Positions 1-13,481 of a stretch of 64,000 bases of DNA are shown here, in pieces. Origin of the DNA: Stegostoma tigrinum (Eukaryota); contig NC_081369.1 in NCBI RefSeq assembly GCF_030684315.1, positions 9,648,035 to 9,712,034 of the forward strand, read 5' to 3'. Each line of letters starts with the position of its first letter. The first letter of the stretch is position 1. Position numbers and translations under genes: made by a program. The notes under the pieces are model-generated. The model saw only the letters and a program-made list of their open reading frames with translations. It ran no database searches and was not told the origin of the DNA.

Positions 1-630
1 AACATTTCATGCCAGATTTAGTTTAGTGATAATCACACAAAGAAAGAATGTTTTTTGATGAATCTAATAATATATGTTATACATAAATTTAATTGGTGTT
101 GATTTTTGTATTTTATACAATGTGACTTAAAAAAGCAATAAGTCAAAGAAATATATCATGAAATTATGAACAGATCAAAGATGATCTGTTTCAGAGTTCA
201 CTATGTTTCAGGGACAATGCGAAGGGGCATACAAATTTTATTGAAATATGATTTCTACAATTTTACTTAATATTGAAACTTTAAAAATTAGAATTAAATG
301 TTGCACCAATGCAGACAAATGATATTTTAAGATCTGAAACTGTGCTGGACTATCTGCTGACCTTTGCAAAAGGACATTAACTAGTAGGCATTGCTGTGCT
401 GCATGAAGCTTCTGAAAGGATTGTTCTGAAGTGGTTCACAAAAATGCAACTTTTTTTTTAATCTGACCTTGCTGTACAAAAATTAACCAATAATCGGTTA
501 ATAGAAAGAGAGAGCCACATGCTCTTATAATAATCTGAACTATTACAAATCCTGATGATTTACATAACTTTATGATATGCGTGATGGAGACTAGCGCACT
601 GGGCAATCATCTTATTCTTATTTGCAATAA

Positions 631-2618
631 CATAGAACATAAAACAGTACAGCACAGAACAGGCCCTTCAGCCCACAATGTTGTGCCGTCAAATTTCTGT
701 GACCGTATGCATGTCCAGCAGTCTCTTAAATGACCCCAATGACCTTGCTTCCACAACTGCTGCTGGTAATGCATTCCATGCTCTCACAACACTCTGTGTA
801 AAGAACCCGCCTCTGACATCCCCTCTATACTTTCCTCCAACCAGCTTAAAACTATGACCCCTCGTGTTAGCCATTTCTGCCCTGGGAAATAGTCTCTGGC
901 TATCAACTCTATCTATGCCTCTCATTATCATGTATACCTCAATTAGGTCCCCTCTCCTCCTCCTTTTCTCCAATGAAAAAAGTCCAAGCTCAGTCAACCT
1001 CTCTTCATAAGATAAGCCCTCCAGTCCAGGCAGCATCCTGGTAAACCTCCTCTGAACCTTCTCCAAAGCATCCACATCTTTCCTATAATAGGGCGACCAG
1101 AACTGGACGCAGTATTCCAAGTGCGGTCTAACCAAAGTTTTATAGAGCTGCAACAAGATCTCACGACTCTTAAACTCAATCCCCCTGTTAATGAAAGCCA
1201 AAACACCATACGCTTTCTTAACAACCCTGTCCACTTGGGTGGCCATTTTAAGGGATCCATGTATCTGCACACCAAGATCCCTCTGTTCCTCCACACTGCC
1301 AAGAATCCTATCATTAATCCTGTACTCAGCTATCAAATTCGACCGTCCAAAATGCATCACCTCGCATTTATCCAGGTTGAACTCCATCTGCCACCTCTCA
1401 GCCCATCTCTGCATCCTGTCAATGTCCCGCTGCAGCCTACAACAGTCCTCTATACTGTCAACGACACCTCCAACCTTTGTGTCATCTGCAAACTTGCTGA
1501 CCCATCCTTCAATCCCCTCATCCAAGTCATTAATAAAAATTACAAACAGTAGAGGCCCAAGGACAGAGCCCTGTGGAACACCACTTACCACTGACTTCCA
1601 GGCAGAATATTTTCCTTCTACTACCACTTGCTGTCTTCTGTTGGCCAGCCAATTCTGTATCCAGGCAGCTAAGTTCCACTGCATCCCATTCCACCTGACC
1701 TTCTGAATGAGCCTACCATGGGGAACCTTATCAAATGCCTTGCTGGAGTCCATATACACCACATCCACAGCTCAACCCTCATCAACTTTTGTAGTCACAT
1801 CCTCAAAGAACTCGATAAGGTTTGTGAGGCATGACCTGCCCCTCACAAAGCCGTGTTGACTGCATTTGATCAAGCCATGCTCTTCCAGATGGTCATAAAT
1901 CCTATCCCTCAGAATCCTTTCTAACACCTTGCAGATGACAGACGTGAGACTTACTGGTCTGTAATTGCCAGGGATTTCTCTATTTCTTTTCTTGAAGAGA
2001 GGAATTACATTTGCCTCTCTCCAGTCCTCATCTACGACTCCAGTGGAGAGCGAGGATGCAAAGATCCTCGCAAGTGGCGAAGCAATTGCATTTCTCGCTT
2101 CCCAAAGCAGCCGAGGACAAATCTGGTCTGGGCCTGGCGACTTGACAATCTTAATGTTTGACAAAGCTTTCAGCACATCAGCTTCCTCTATCTCTATCCA
2201 TTCCAGCATGCACACCTGCTCTTCAAAGGTTTCATTCACTACAAAGTTCGTTTCTTTCGTAAAGACAGAAGCAAAAAACTCATTAATGGCTTCCCCTACC
2301 TCCTCAGACTCCACACACAAGTTCCCTATGCTTTCCCTGATCAGCCCTACTCTTTCTTTGACCATTCTCTTATTTCTCACATAAGTGTAAAATGCCTTTG
2401 TGTTTTCCCTGATTCGTTCTGCAAAGCCTTTCTCGTGCCCCCTCCTGGCTCTCCTCAGACCATTTTTGAGCTCATTCCTTGCCTGCATGTAATCCTCTCT
2501 AGCTGAACTTGACCCTAGCTTCCTCCACCTTATGTAAGCTACCTTCTTCCTTTTCACAAGAAGCTCCACCGCTCTCGTCATCCAAGGTTCCTTTATCTTA
2601 CCCCTTCTTGCCTGTCTC
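631..2618 (-). mobile_element. CR1-clade LINE, 5'-truncated and young; RT ORF2 with one premature stop
   Basis: ORFs 2644..1772 and 1768..689 are in the same frame, separated by one TGA (DEG*AVDV). Motifs include PGPD, NYRPVSLTS, QHGF, GVPQGSVLGP, FADD and RPHLEYC. Short TTCTATG-like 3' tail near 631. Confidence 0.95.
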
Positions 2619-5541
2619 ATATGTTCTATAACGTGGAGAAACATTTTGCAGCCATCTGAATACCCGAAGAGACAGACAGGATGTAATTGTGAGGCTACCT
2701 AAAGAAGAAAAGAAAATGGATAATCTAACCTGTCTTCAATTCCCACATTCTGATTGTGAATAAAGGCATGACTATAACTAGCATAAATTGGTCCTGAAAT
2801 GCAGCATAGATTTAAATTCTATGAACAGGAATTTCATTGTCAGTCACTTTTATTCGGATTTGTGCAAAAACAAAAGAAATGAGTAAATACGACAAATAAC
2901 CTGACATGTAAAAGTTTCAGCAATTAAATTAATTCAAACATTTCGTCAATCAAAGCACCCATACATCAATGTATGTAACAACTTCTAAAAATAATAAAAA
3001 CGACTCAGCTACAGTCATCTTGACCTTCTAATCCTGTTTGAACTTAGAATACTTTGAGTAAATTTGAAAGACGATGACGAACTAACATCCATTTCTGTGC
3101 AGGATGAAATTTGGAAAAATTATACTGCAAAGTGTAATGCAAACTGATTGTAAGCGAATTTTCCACGAAGAATTCATCTGTCTCAACTCAGGCACTTTCG
3201 TCACGTTCATATGTTCAATCTTTGCTTTCTCATCTCTATGGGATCTTAACACGCTGGCTTTTACTTAAAACAGCATTGCCCTCATGTACTTTTGAATTAC
3301 AGGACCTCAGAACATCACATGTCTTTATTTGACTGAGAAAATATATCAGGTATGTTTTTAACTGATATATTTTTTTTGATCTTTAAAATTCTATCTTACG
3401 CCCAGACAAATGTCACATTGATTGATCATCAGAATTATCCTCGAATGGTTTGTGTAGTGGGTGCTGTCTCTGAAGTTTGAAGCTCGCGAATAGACTCCCA
3501 ACTAGGTCAATATCAAGCTAACATTAACTTAGAGAAACTGCCAATATTTCTAACTTTTTTCATTGATATACCAATAGTTATTAAAATGTCATTGAATTTA
3601 GTGGAACTAGGACAGAAGACTTGATCTTAAATAAATATGCTATATTTCCCCACATTACAAAAAATATTAATTTTCTAAATTTACGCTCGCTTCGACTGTT
3701 ATTTCTAGAATACTCTTAGAATCAAGATTATTGTGTGTCTGTGTAACAAACATAAAAGATGATGAAGAAATTCAACAGATCTGGTAGCATATGTGGAGAG
3801 AGATGCAGAGTTTACTTTTCCATCCCTGTATGATGTTTCTTCAGAATTGGCCATATCAGCTCATCTCGTCTGCAGCAATTAAATCGATTAGTCACTCATT
3901 TTATTCTAACTTTCCAGCACCTGGCAACAAGTTTAAACAGTGTAGCGCTACAGGTGCAGATCAACCTTTCAAGATTTTCTACCTCAAGCAGTAAATTGTG
4001 AATGCGAATTCTAGGCCACATGATTCTCTGAGGAAAAAAAAAGGTTTTTCCTCGTGTCCACGCTAGCCCGTCGAACGATCGATCGCCTGAAATCTTTGCC
4101 CCCCCATGTCCAAACTCTTCACAACAGCAACGGATTCCACATCACCCCGCCGGTATTGCAGATATTTATTTTTAAAAAACTAATTTGAAACATCAATGAC
4201 AACAGTTTCAACATTCACTTTTCATTCAACATAGTTTTGCACCGAGATATAAACTCACATTTTTCAGTTTGAATACAATAACATTTTCAGGAATCGCTGA
4301 GATGGCAGTGAGTCATATACAACAGAAAATGCCACGTGACTTTTCTGATTGAAAAAAACATTCTGGGTACCTGGGCTTCCCTCGCAATTACTAACAATCT
4401 CGAATTGTCCTTGACAAATGTGATGCCTACTTAAACCCTTAAACTCCAATTAGTTTCGGTATGCGCATTCTACTGGCAAGAAAGGTATTCCAGGATAATG
4501 ACCTTTCCATAGCGAAGGAAAAGCCTCATAAATTTCCAATGCAGGGTGGTAAGATATGCTGATCTTTCCGAGGTGCCACCAATTCAGCTGCAGAGACAAA
4601 GTTAGAACTGACTCGAGCTATTTAAGAATGGAAGATTGCATTATGTAGCGCAGTCATGCATAGGAAATTAGTATTTTTTCTGCTCTGACCAACATCCAGA
4701 GATCTCCACACCAGTAGCTTTGAAGTCAATTTGATATAAGCTAATATTTACTCTTCTGCCAAAACTTAGCTTTTCACAAGAATGAAAAACATGATAGCAC
4801 CGCACCTAGAATCCATACCTAAAAGGAAAATAAAGAGAATCATATGAAGATAGCACAACAAATAGCTCAGTATTCTCTAACTCCACTCACAATTTTATAT
4901 TGGGTATCCTCATACCGCAACCACTGCAGCTTTTCCTAAAATCAATTCCCTGCCTCCTTCTTCACATAGCCAGTGATGGACGATAATTTCCGATCTAGCC
5001 AGCAAAATCTACCTCTTGAGAAAGACTTACAAAGAAATATACCAGATTAAATGACTCTCCATCATTGTAATTTGCACAGAGATCCATGGAAGAATGTAAA
5101 AGAGCACTCAGAAAATAGCGCATATGTGATGGATTATTCAGCCATGCAGAAAAACTTTAAAAGATAAAAGAAAAAATTTGCTTTGAGAAAATTATTTTCC
5201 TGGTCACGAAGGTGCAAATATTATTATGAAATTATACGGATCACTGTCTAGGGCAAACAATAGGGAAATAAGTAAAGCAGCTTGGTTGAAGTGCATTATC
5301 CACATATCAAGGGTTAATGTTGTGAATAGAACTCTTGTGCTCAATTTTATATTCATTCTACAGAGCAGAGAAGCATTCTTTGAAGAGTTTAGATATTAGA
5401 TGGAACAATAGCATGTCTATCAGTACAACGCTGACATACTGTAAATTTTGTGATCAGGTCTTTTTGAACAAATTAGAACGTAAAATGAGTTGACTTCCAA
5501 TCTTTTATTATCTATCTCGTGATAAAATTTGATCAGTTTTT

Positions 5542-5830
5542 CATAGAATCCCTACAGTGTGGAAACAAAGTCCACACTGATTCTCAGAGCATTGCAACCA
5601 GACATAATCCAAATAATCTACACATTCCTGAATGCTATGGGCAATTTAGCATAGCCAATCACCTAGTCTGCACATTTTTGCACTATTGGAGGAAGCCAGA
5701 GCATCCAGAGAAAACACGCACAGACATGGGAGAATATGCAAACTCCACACAGACTGACACCCAAGAGTGGAATTGAATGCGGGTCTCTGGCACTGTGAGG
5801 CAGCAGTGCTAACCACTGAGCCAGCATGGC
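5542..5830 (-). mobile_element. tRNA-derived V-domain SINE (HE1-like)
   Basis: Reverse complement of the A/B-box head and central V-domain seen in the copy at 10787. Confidence 0.8.
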
Positions 5831-5930
5831 ACCTGTATTGGCTTTAATAAAATCTGAAATGAAAATAAGCTTCCTGCATATAATCAGCGGATTAGTACCA
5901 CCTTTGCAAAGGGAAATAGTTAACATTTCA

Positions 5931-6899
5931 AGATAATAAAGTGTGAAGCTGGATGAACACAGCAGGCCAAGCAGCATCTCAGGAGCACAAAAGCTGACGT
6001 TTCAGGCCTAGACCCTTCATCAGAGAGGGGGATGGAGAGAGGGTTCTGGAATAAATAGGGAGAGAGGGGGAGGCGGACTGAAGATGGAGAGAAAAGAAGA
6101 TAGGTGGAGAGGAGAGTATAGGTGGGGAGGTCGGGAGGGGATGTCAGTCCAGGGAAAACGGACAGGTCAAGGGCGTGGGATGAGGTTAGTAGGTAGGAAA
6201 TGGAGGTGCGGCTTGAGGTGGGAGGAAGGGATGGGTGAGTGGAAGAACGGGTGAAGGAGGCAGAGACAGGCTGGGCTGGTTTTGGGATGCAGTGGGGGGA
6301 GGGGATTAGCTGGGCTGGTTATGTGATGCAGTGGAGGGAGGGGACGAACTGGGGTGGTTTTGAGATGCGGTGGGGGAAGGGGAGATTTTGAAGCTGGTGA
6401 AGTCCACATTGGTACCATTGGGCTGCAGGGTTCCCAAGCGGAATATGAGTTGCTGTTCCTGCAACCTTCGGGTGGCATCATTGTGGCACTGCAGGAGGCC
6501 CATGATGGACATGTCATCTAAAGAATGAGAGGGGGAGTTGAAATGGTTTGCGACTGGGAGATGCAGTTATGTATTGCAAACCGAGAGGATGTGTTCTGCA
6601 AAGCGGTCCCCAAGCCTCCGCTTGGTTTCCCCAATGTAGAGGAAGCCACACTGGGTACCTATCCCCACCCTACCTCCCCACCTATACTCTCCTCCCCACC
6701 TATCTTCTTTCCTCCCCACCTTCGGTCCGCCTCCCCCTCTCTCCCTATTTATTCCAGAACCCTCACCCCATCCCTCTCTCTGGTCCAGGCCTGAAACGTC
6801 AGCTTTTGTGCTCCTGAGATGCTACTTGGCCTGCTGTGTTCATCCAGCTTCACACTTTATTATCTTGGATTCTCCAGCATTTGCAGTTCCCATTATCTC
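5931..6899. mobile_element. Penelope-like element fragment with inverted ends
   Basis: C-terminal GIY-YIG region (EQQLIFRLGTLQPNG) on the - strand, then an inverted 3' end. Perfect 13-bp TSD AGTTAACATTTCA at 5918-5930 and 6900-6912. Confidence 0.88.
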
Positions 6900-7466
6900 A
6901 GTTAACATTTCAGCCTGTGTCTTTTCATCCAAGCTGAATATAATGATTCACATCCTAAATCTTCTATATTTCCATTTGGTAGCAAATGATAAATCGTACA
7001 TCTAAGTTTCTGAAATTTCCTTCTTAAGAAAGCATATTTCTCCATTGCAGCCTACCTATGCTACCCATGCTTTTGCTTTGAATGTGGCTTGCTGAATTAA
7101 AAGTGGTTGTGTTCCTATCCCTGGATTGTGAGGACCGGATTAAAGTCCCACGAGTTCCAGAGGTGGTTTTTAGTGGATGTGGGCGTCGCTGGCTGGCCAG
7201 TATTTCTTGCCATTCATAGTTGCCCTTGAGAAGGTGGTGGTGATCTCCCTCTGAACATCTCTAAACAGTTCCATATGAAAAATAGTTTTCTAAAAAAAAG
7301 TTAGAAAAGTGTTTTCTTACTTTCAATTGAAACTGTTTTTACATGGTCCACAATAATGCCTGTCAGTCCAAGAGTAATGAAGAAGCCCAGAGTAAATCGT
7401 GCAATCACAATATTATGGAAACTGTTCTCTGCAGTTCAGAATTAAAACAAACATATAAAATAGATG

Positions 7467-7707
7467 AGATGACAAGGTGTAGAGCTGGATGAACAAAGCA
7501 GGCTAAGCAGCATCAGGGGAGCAGGAAAGCTGATGTTTCAGGCCTAGACCCTTCTTCAGAAAAAAGATTCAGACTTTTTCTGAAGAAAGACCTAGGCACG
7601 AAACGTCAGCTTTCCTGCTCCTCTGATGCTGCTCAGCCTGCTGTGTTCATCCAGCTCTACACCTTGTTATCTCAGATTCTCCAGCAGCTGCAGTTCCTAC
7701 TATCTCT
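7467..7707. mobile_element. Short non-coding hairpin element derived from Penelope termini
   Basis: About 100-bp inverted arms; degenerate 15-bp TSD (7452-7466 vs 7708-7722, 12/15 identical). Confidence 0.8.
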
Positions 7708-8883
7708 CATACGAAATAGGTGTATGCAAGGATTATCCGTTGGGCACAACTAGGATTCATTCATAGAAGTGAAATAGGTCAACTAACAAGCTAATCTCAA
7801 GGATCTCGATTTTACATTGCTGATACTGCATTTACAAACATTTGCCAACAATATGCTCTGCTAAATAAGCACCATCTCATTATCTGCCATGATGTAATCC
7901 AGTTTACAATATCATTGGTGTTCGGTGTTAGCACAATTTTCTGAGGCTGTTGGCTTTTCTTCAATTTGTAATCGTGGTTCTGTGATGAACCACGACCATG
8001 AACCTGGACACTGTGTACACTCTAGCTCGTGTCATTAGCACAAGAGATGAATGGGTATTGTTGGAACATCATCCAAACTTTTCATTCCGGGTAAGAAAAG
8101 TACAGGTATTCCTCCATAACATGTAAACATAAAATGGTACTTGACAATTCTACTTCTGAAACTTACTGCTTTACAATCGAAACATCTGATAATCTGGCTT
8201 TCTATATACTATGCTGTCGTCGGTACGCTAAATGTATCAGAATGATATTTCCCAATTTTATCCCACGTAGATGTCTCTCATGGCTGATTCACTCTTCCTA
8301 AAACAATTTCTCTAATTTTGACAGGTAATTTCTGCCATTCTATCAGTTCACACTAGCAGTGCTAATAAATTAATCCCGTTTATTAGAATAATGAAGCTAT
8401 AACCTTAATTGCTACTAGAATCGAGTTAGGAGAATGTCTTCAAGTCTGAGTCATTTACAATGACTCAAAAAGAGAACAGGAAACCAATGAATGAAATAAT
8501 TCCAGATAAAAGAAGCTGTTTTCAGGAGGCATGTGTGCAAGAGAAACACATTAATCATGATCACTGGTATGATTCAGGGAGGCAATGCCCTTGAAGGATG
8601 TTGGTTAAAGTTCTACGCAGGATCTGCAAAATTATGATATGATGCTTTTTAAGCATAACAGGTGCATTTGATCAAAAGCTTTCAACTTTTTGCGAGCGTG
8701 AACGTTTCTGATTTATTCCAAAAATATGTTCCATACTTCAACTGCAATTTATCTTCACACTTTTATTAATATTTCATACTTTCATTGAGAGTGAACACAA
8801 CCCATTGTCCTCTGCAGAGCCACATTTTTACGAAATCACACAGGTTGAAGTGGGTGCTCCACTGAAAATATTTCTAATCTTAC

Positions 8884-9179
8884 CATTACTGACAGTGTAG
8901 CTGATACTGACAGGCACCTTAAGACAGACGTGAGATACCTCGCATGTATAAACTACAATGCTATGCACGGGCTGTGCTTCTTCCAAAAAACTGGAAACTT
9001 CATAAAGCCCATCTACAGTCTTATTTTTCACAGTTTCTATTCTGGCCAGAATTTCGACACCATTCCTTAGCCGGGGATTCCCACATTGTTCAGGTAAAAG
9101 TCAATCATTCTACACTCGACTTTTGGAGAAGTCACTGACGACCTTTCAATAAGAATAATTTTCAACTGACTTGGGGGAA
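8884..9179 (-). pseudogene. Gene A C1 exon with a 1-nt deletion
   Basis: VPPSQLKII..VECRMIDFYLNNVGIP[frameshift at W]LRNGVEIL..KTVDGLYEVSSFLEEAQPV..YTCEVSHVCL. Shares GLYEVSS and CxVSHVxL with the gene B C1. Confidence 0.88.
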
Positions 9180-10257
9180 CTATAAAAGAAAAAGAAAAGT
9201 TATAGTTTTCATACGGAGGAGTGTAGTAGCATTTGTATGCCTGAGTGTCCCTTACATCATGACTGTGACAAGGGTAATCCATTATACTGCTCATCTTTCC
9301 TTTTGTTCACATTTTATAATCATTACGAAAATGCAGCAGATTCTTGCACTAGCTAAGATCAGCAGCAATGATTCCAATTGAATTTCTCTCCAAGTATATC
9401 AGACAGATGAGATCATAATGCGTGTGGAGTGGAACTATACTTTTATTTCCCTTTATGGCCCAATTCATATTAGAGATTTTATATATTTATTTAAAAACAA
9501 AGGCCAATTTCAAACACTTCATATAATATAGACCTTACGTTTTTTGCATGATTATTGAGTTGGCCGAGATACTTTCAATGCCTACGAAGACTTCAGAATT
9601 GATTATGAAAAATGCACTGATTATCGTTTGGCCATTATAATTGAGCACAGACATTTCTATGCCTGTGGCGAAGCTTTCACATTGTGGGAGTTTTACCAGC
9701 AAAATATTCCTACAGTCTAGGGAGCAGATACTGATCGAGGGCTGTAACATTTGTCACCTCATGAAGATGTTTTGTTGACAGTTGTGTGCCACTGGATAGA
9801 AGCTTACCAAACTCTGAGAAGCATGGGTTATAGCGATATGTGTGACAGCATCAGGTGGAATTGTTATCTCAGGGAGAGACCATCATGCTGCAACTGGCAC
9901 ATTTGCTCAAGCACCAAAGCAAGATACTCACCTTAGAGCAGCGTGTTCCCAATTCGTGGCTTGTTAACCAGTTTGTTAACAACTCAGCTCCCAAGATTTG
10001 CAATGTTTCTAAATTGCATTCATAATTTAGGTGCCTGGGAAACTCGACATTGTGACCACAGCAACTTCTTGCTGAGTATAACTAGTATTCTGTTTGCAAT
10101 TAACTCAAAGTTGGGCAATTAGCATGAACTTCATTGACATGCACCAAAAGCACCAGCTCAAGGACCCCACGTCTGCAGACAGTGGTGCCCAACCTCCACC
10201 AGTCTCCAGCAATCCTCAGTGACACATCTCTGATCTAATTACAGGATACTCTTGCAC

Positions 10258-11405
10258 TAAAAGCCATACAGAAACAGATCTTCCATCCAACTCGTCCATA
10301 CCAACAAGTTGTTCTAAATAAATCTAGTCCCATTTGCCACCAATTAGCCCGTATGCCTCTAAAGCCTTCCTATTTATACACCCGTCCAGATGCCTTTTAA
10401 ATGTTGTAATTCTTCCCATCGTCACCACTTTGGTTGGCAGGCCATTCTATTCACACACCACCCACTGTGTGAAAAAGTTGTCCCTTAGATCCCTTTTGAT
10501 CTTTCCCCTCTTACCTTCAAGGTAAGGCCTCTACTTTTAGATTCTCTCACTCTGGGGAAAACAACCCAGTTGATTTACCCTATTCATGCCCCTTACGATT
10601 CTGTACACCTTTATAAGGTCACCCTCAGCTACCAATACTACAACGAAAATAGCCCAATTCTATTTGGCCACTCCCAATAACTCAAACCCTCCAACCATGG
10701 CAGCATCTCTGTAAATATTTTCTGAACTCTTTCAAGTTTCACAACGTCATTCCTATAACAGGGAGACCAGAATTGCACATGATATTTGTGGCATGGTGGC
10801 TCAGTGGTTAGCACTGCAGCCTCACAGCACCAGGGACCCGGGTTCAATTCCCGCCTCGGGTGACTGTCTGTGTGGAGTTTGCGCATTCTCCCTGTGTCTG
10901 CATGGGTTTCCTCCGGGTGCTCCGGTTTCCTCCCACAGTCCAAAGATGTGCAGGTTAGGTGGATTGGCCATGCTAAATTGCCCGTAGTGTTCAGGGGTGT
11001 GTGGGTTATAGGGGGATGGGTCTGGGTGGGATGCTCCAAGGGGTGGAGTGGACTTGTTGGGCTGAAGGGCCTGTTTCCACACTGTAGGGAATCTAATCTA
11101 AATATTCCAATAGTGGCTTAACCAATGTTCTGTACTGCCGCAGCATGACCTGCCAACTCCAATAATCAATGCACTGATCAATAAAGGCAAGCATGCCAAA
11201 TGCCTTCTTCATTTTCCTGCCGAACTTTGATTCCAATTTCAAGGAACTATGCACCTGTACTCCAAGGTCTGTTTGTTTAGTAATACACCCCAAGGCTTTG
11301 CCATTAATATCGAAGTCCTGACCTGTTTTGCCTTTCCAAAATGCAACATATCACATTTATCTAAATTAAACTCCATCTGCCACTCCTCCGCCCATTTATG
11401 CAACC
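10258..11405 (-). mobile_element. CR1 3' fragment interrupted by a SINE
   Basis: KWAEEWQMEFNLDKC, LVKPLLEY and VQFWSP..LERVQ remnants flank the SINE. Confidence 0.85.
10787..11100 (+). mobile_element. tRNA-derived V-domain SINE (HE1-like), full length
   Basis: A box TGGCTCAGTGG (10797-10807), B box GGTTCAATTCC (10841-10851), V-domain, AATCT-repeat tail, short ATATT duplication on both sides. Confidence 0.88.
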
Positions 11406-13193
11406 GATAATGGTGCTTCAATGTTGCACCTAAGGCCGCACCAGCGAATAAGAGATATTGATATTGCAAGGACACTTCATGCTTTCCGAGACATACCCAT
11501 TGCTTGTTGTTGGCAATTGCGGACCAGACTCACATGGTCTGATATAATGGCCTCCACTGCTTGTTGTGGAAAAATGATTATCTGGCACTTTCGGCATCTC
11601 ATTAGCAGGATCTGCAGGACCACACGTGCTAAAAGGTGTCAGATTTACTCACACCTGCCATGCCCGTGACAAATATAAAGAGCGGTACAGGGAAGCTTTA
11701 AACTGACAGTACTTGTCCTTTCAAATATGGTGCATGAGATGCTATTGAATTCCAGGGTTTGGGTGAGTGGCCAATCACTCTGGGATTGGCCTCTGTTAGC
11801 GTGAGAAGGAAATAAGGCTGATTCTGGCTGCGAGTGTCCAGTTAGCAATTAAAACAATGAGTTTGGAAAGATATGGTGAAAAAATTTCAATTTGCCTAAA
11901 AAAGATAATCACTCCAAAAAAGTTGACAGTACTCATGCTTAGCCAAACAAAATATGTTTTTGCCTATTATTTAATTGAATGTACTAATAAATAGAAGGAA
12001 TATTGAGTCATAAATTAAAACTTATATTGCATGTCTAGTTTATTTTCAGGATTCTTACATCGTCATTCATTAATTTGACGATTTGTACTTTCATACAATT
12101 ACTTTGCTGGCTTAATCTGCTGTGAAAATTTTAGGTTGCATTGATTCCTTAGTTAATTATTAAATTTCTTAACCATGGGTCTGTTTTAGCCTTCACATAT
12201 AATGCAATTGATTGTCCATGAATGAGCACATTATTTTGAACTCACTTGTGTCATTTGTGTGAGGTTTGGGAATCTGATTGCATATCATGAATTCTAACTA
12301 CCAGAACAATGCCTTCACAGAAATGCTGAGTGAGATCTTATGTTAAAGGAGAAAACATTCGTGAGTGTATGAAAAACAGCCAAAGCATCCTTTGGCAGAG
12401 ATTCACAGAAAGGAGCAATGTTCACATTCAAAATATGACATGTTCTAGGACGTGGGCTGCAAGCCAGCATTACCATCAATATCAACACCTGCCCTCTGTG
12501 TGGTTTGTAGGATTTCTTTTCTTTACTGTCTCAAGCATGTAATCAATGGATACACGTGTACTGTGAAATGCTCAAAGATAAGAGCCAGAATAGTCCATTT
12601 CATCCCTGAAAAATGTACTGACATTCATTTAGATCATTTTTGATTATACCTCAATTCTGGTTGGATGACATAATTTGACACCTTTAACGTTGAGAACGAA
12701 ACAAAAACTTCTCCGGCTCATTTTTCAGTCATTTGGTGTTAAAAGTTATGCATTGGAAACTGCAAACAGTGAATTGAAATGCAAGCTGCTTCATGAAATT
12801 TTCACGGCTGTAGCAGGAGATTTCTACTCTGAGGTCGTATTGTGTCATTGATTGTGGTGCGTTGAAATAAATCAATAGTTCATAGAACATACAGGAGATA
12901 GTATAATAATTCGAATTTTATCATCTTATTAGGAAGGAATCTAGGCATCTTCTCCTATTGCTTAATCTTAAACGTGGGTATACATAGTTGTCCTGTTTGC
13001 CTATCTTGCCTCACTAATGATTGCAATTGCAGCAAAAAAGAGAACCAATGAAGGTTGCAAATCGAAGTCGATCAAAACCCCATCAATGTGAGATGAGTTC
13101 GCTACCATCAGTTTTTTTTTCTAGTGATAAATCTCAAACCTAATTTATTACACACTGTCAAAATGCTCCTTTCCCTGGAACAATGAGACTTAC

Positions 13194-13481
13194 CGCACAC
13201 AGTCAACAACGATCCACTTCCAGCTCCAATGATGGTCTTCTGATGCTTTATTTTACAATAGTACAATCCAAAGTCTGCAGCAGTGACATTGAGAATATGA
13301 AGTGAGCTCCTTTCTTTCTGTACATGAAATACCTGTCTTCTGCTGGGTTTCAGAAACGATTCTGCATCGATTCTCCACCAAAATACTTCAGGAGCATTTT
13401 CAAATATGAGAAATGTACAGAACATGGAAACATTAGCACCTCTGATGGTCTTCAAGTGTTTTGGAACTTTACTCGATGTCA
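13194..13481 (-). CDS. Gene A VJ-type Ig exon (open frame)
   Basis: Canonical B-strand Cys, WW, DxGxYYC and GxGxGSxLxV; phase 1-1 splice sites. Confidence 0.9.

Noticed and set aside
994-2384. Overlapping ORFs of 106-171 aa
   Set aside because: Alternative-frame or antisense shadows of the CR1 ORF2
10787-10860. tRNA-like sequence with A and B boxes
   Set aside because: It is the head of a SINE with several dispersed copies, not a tRNA gene
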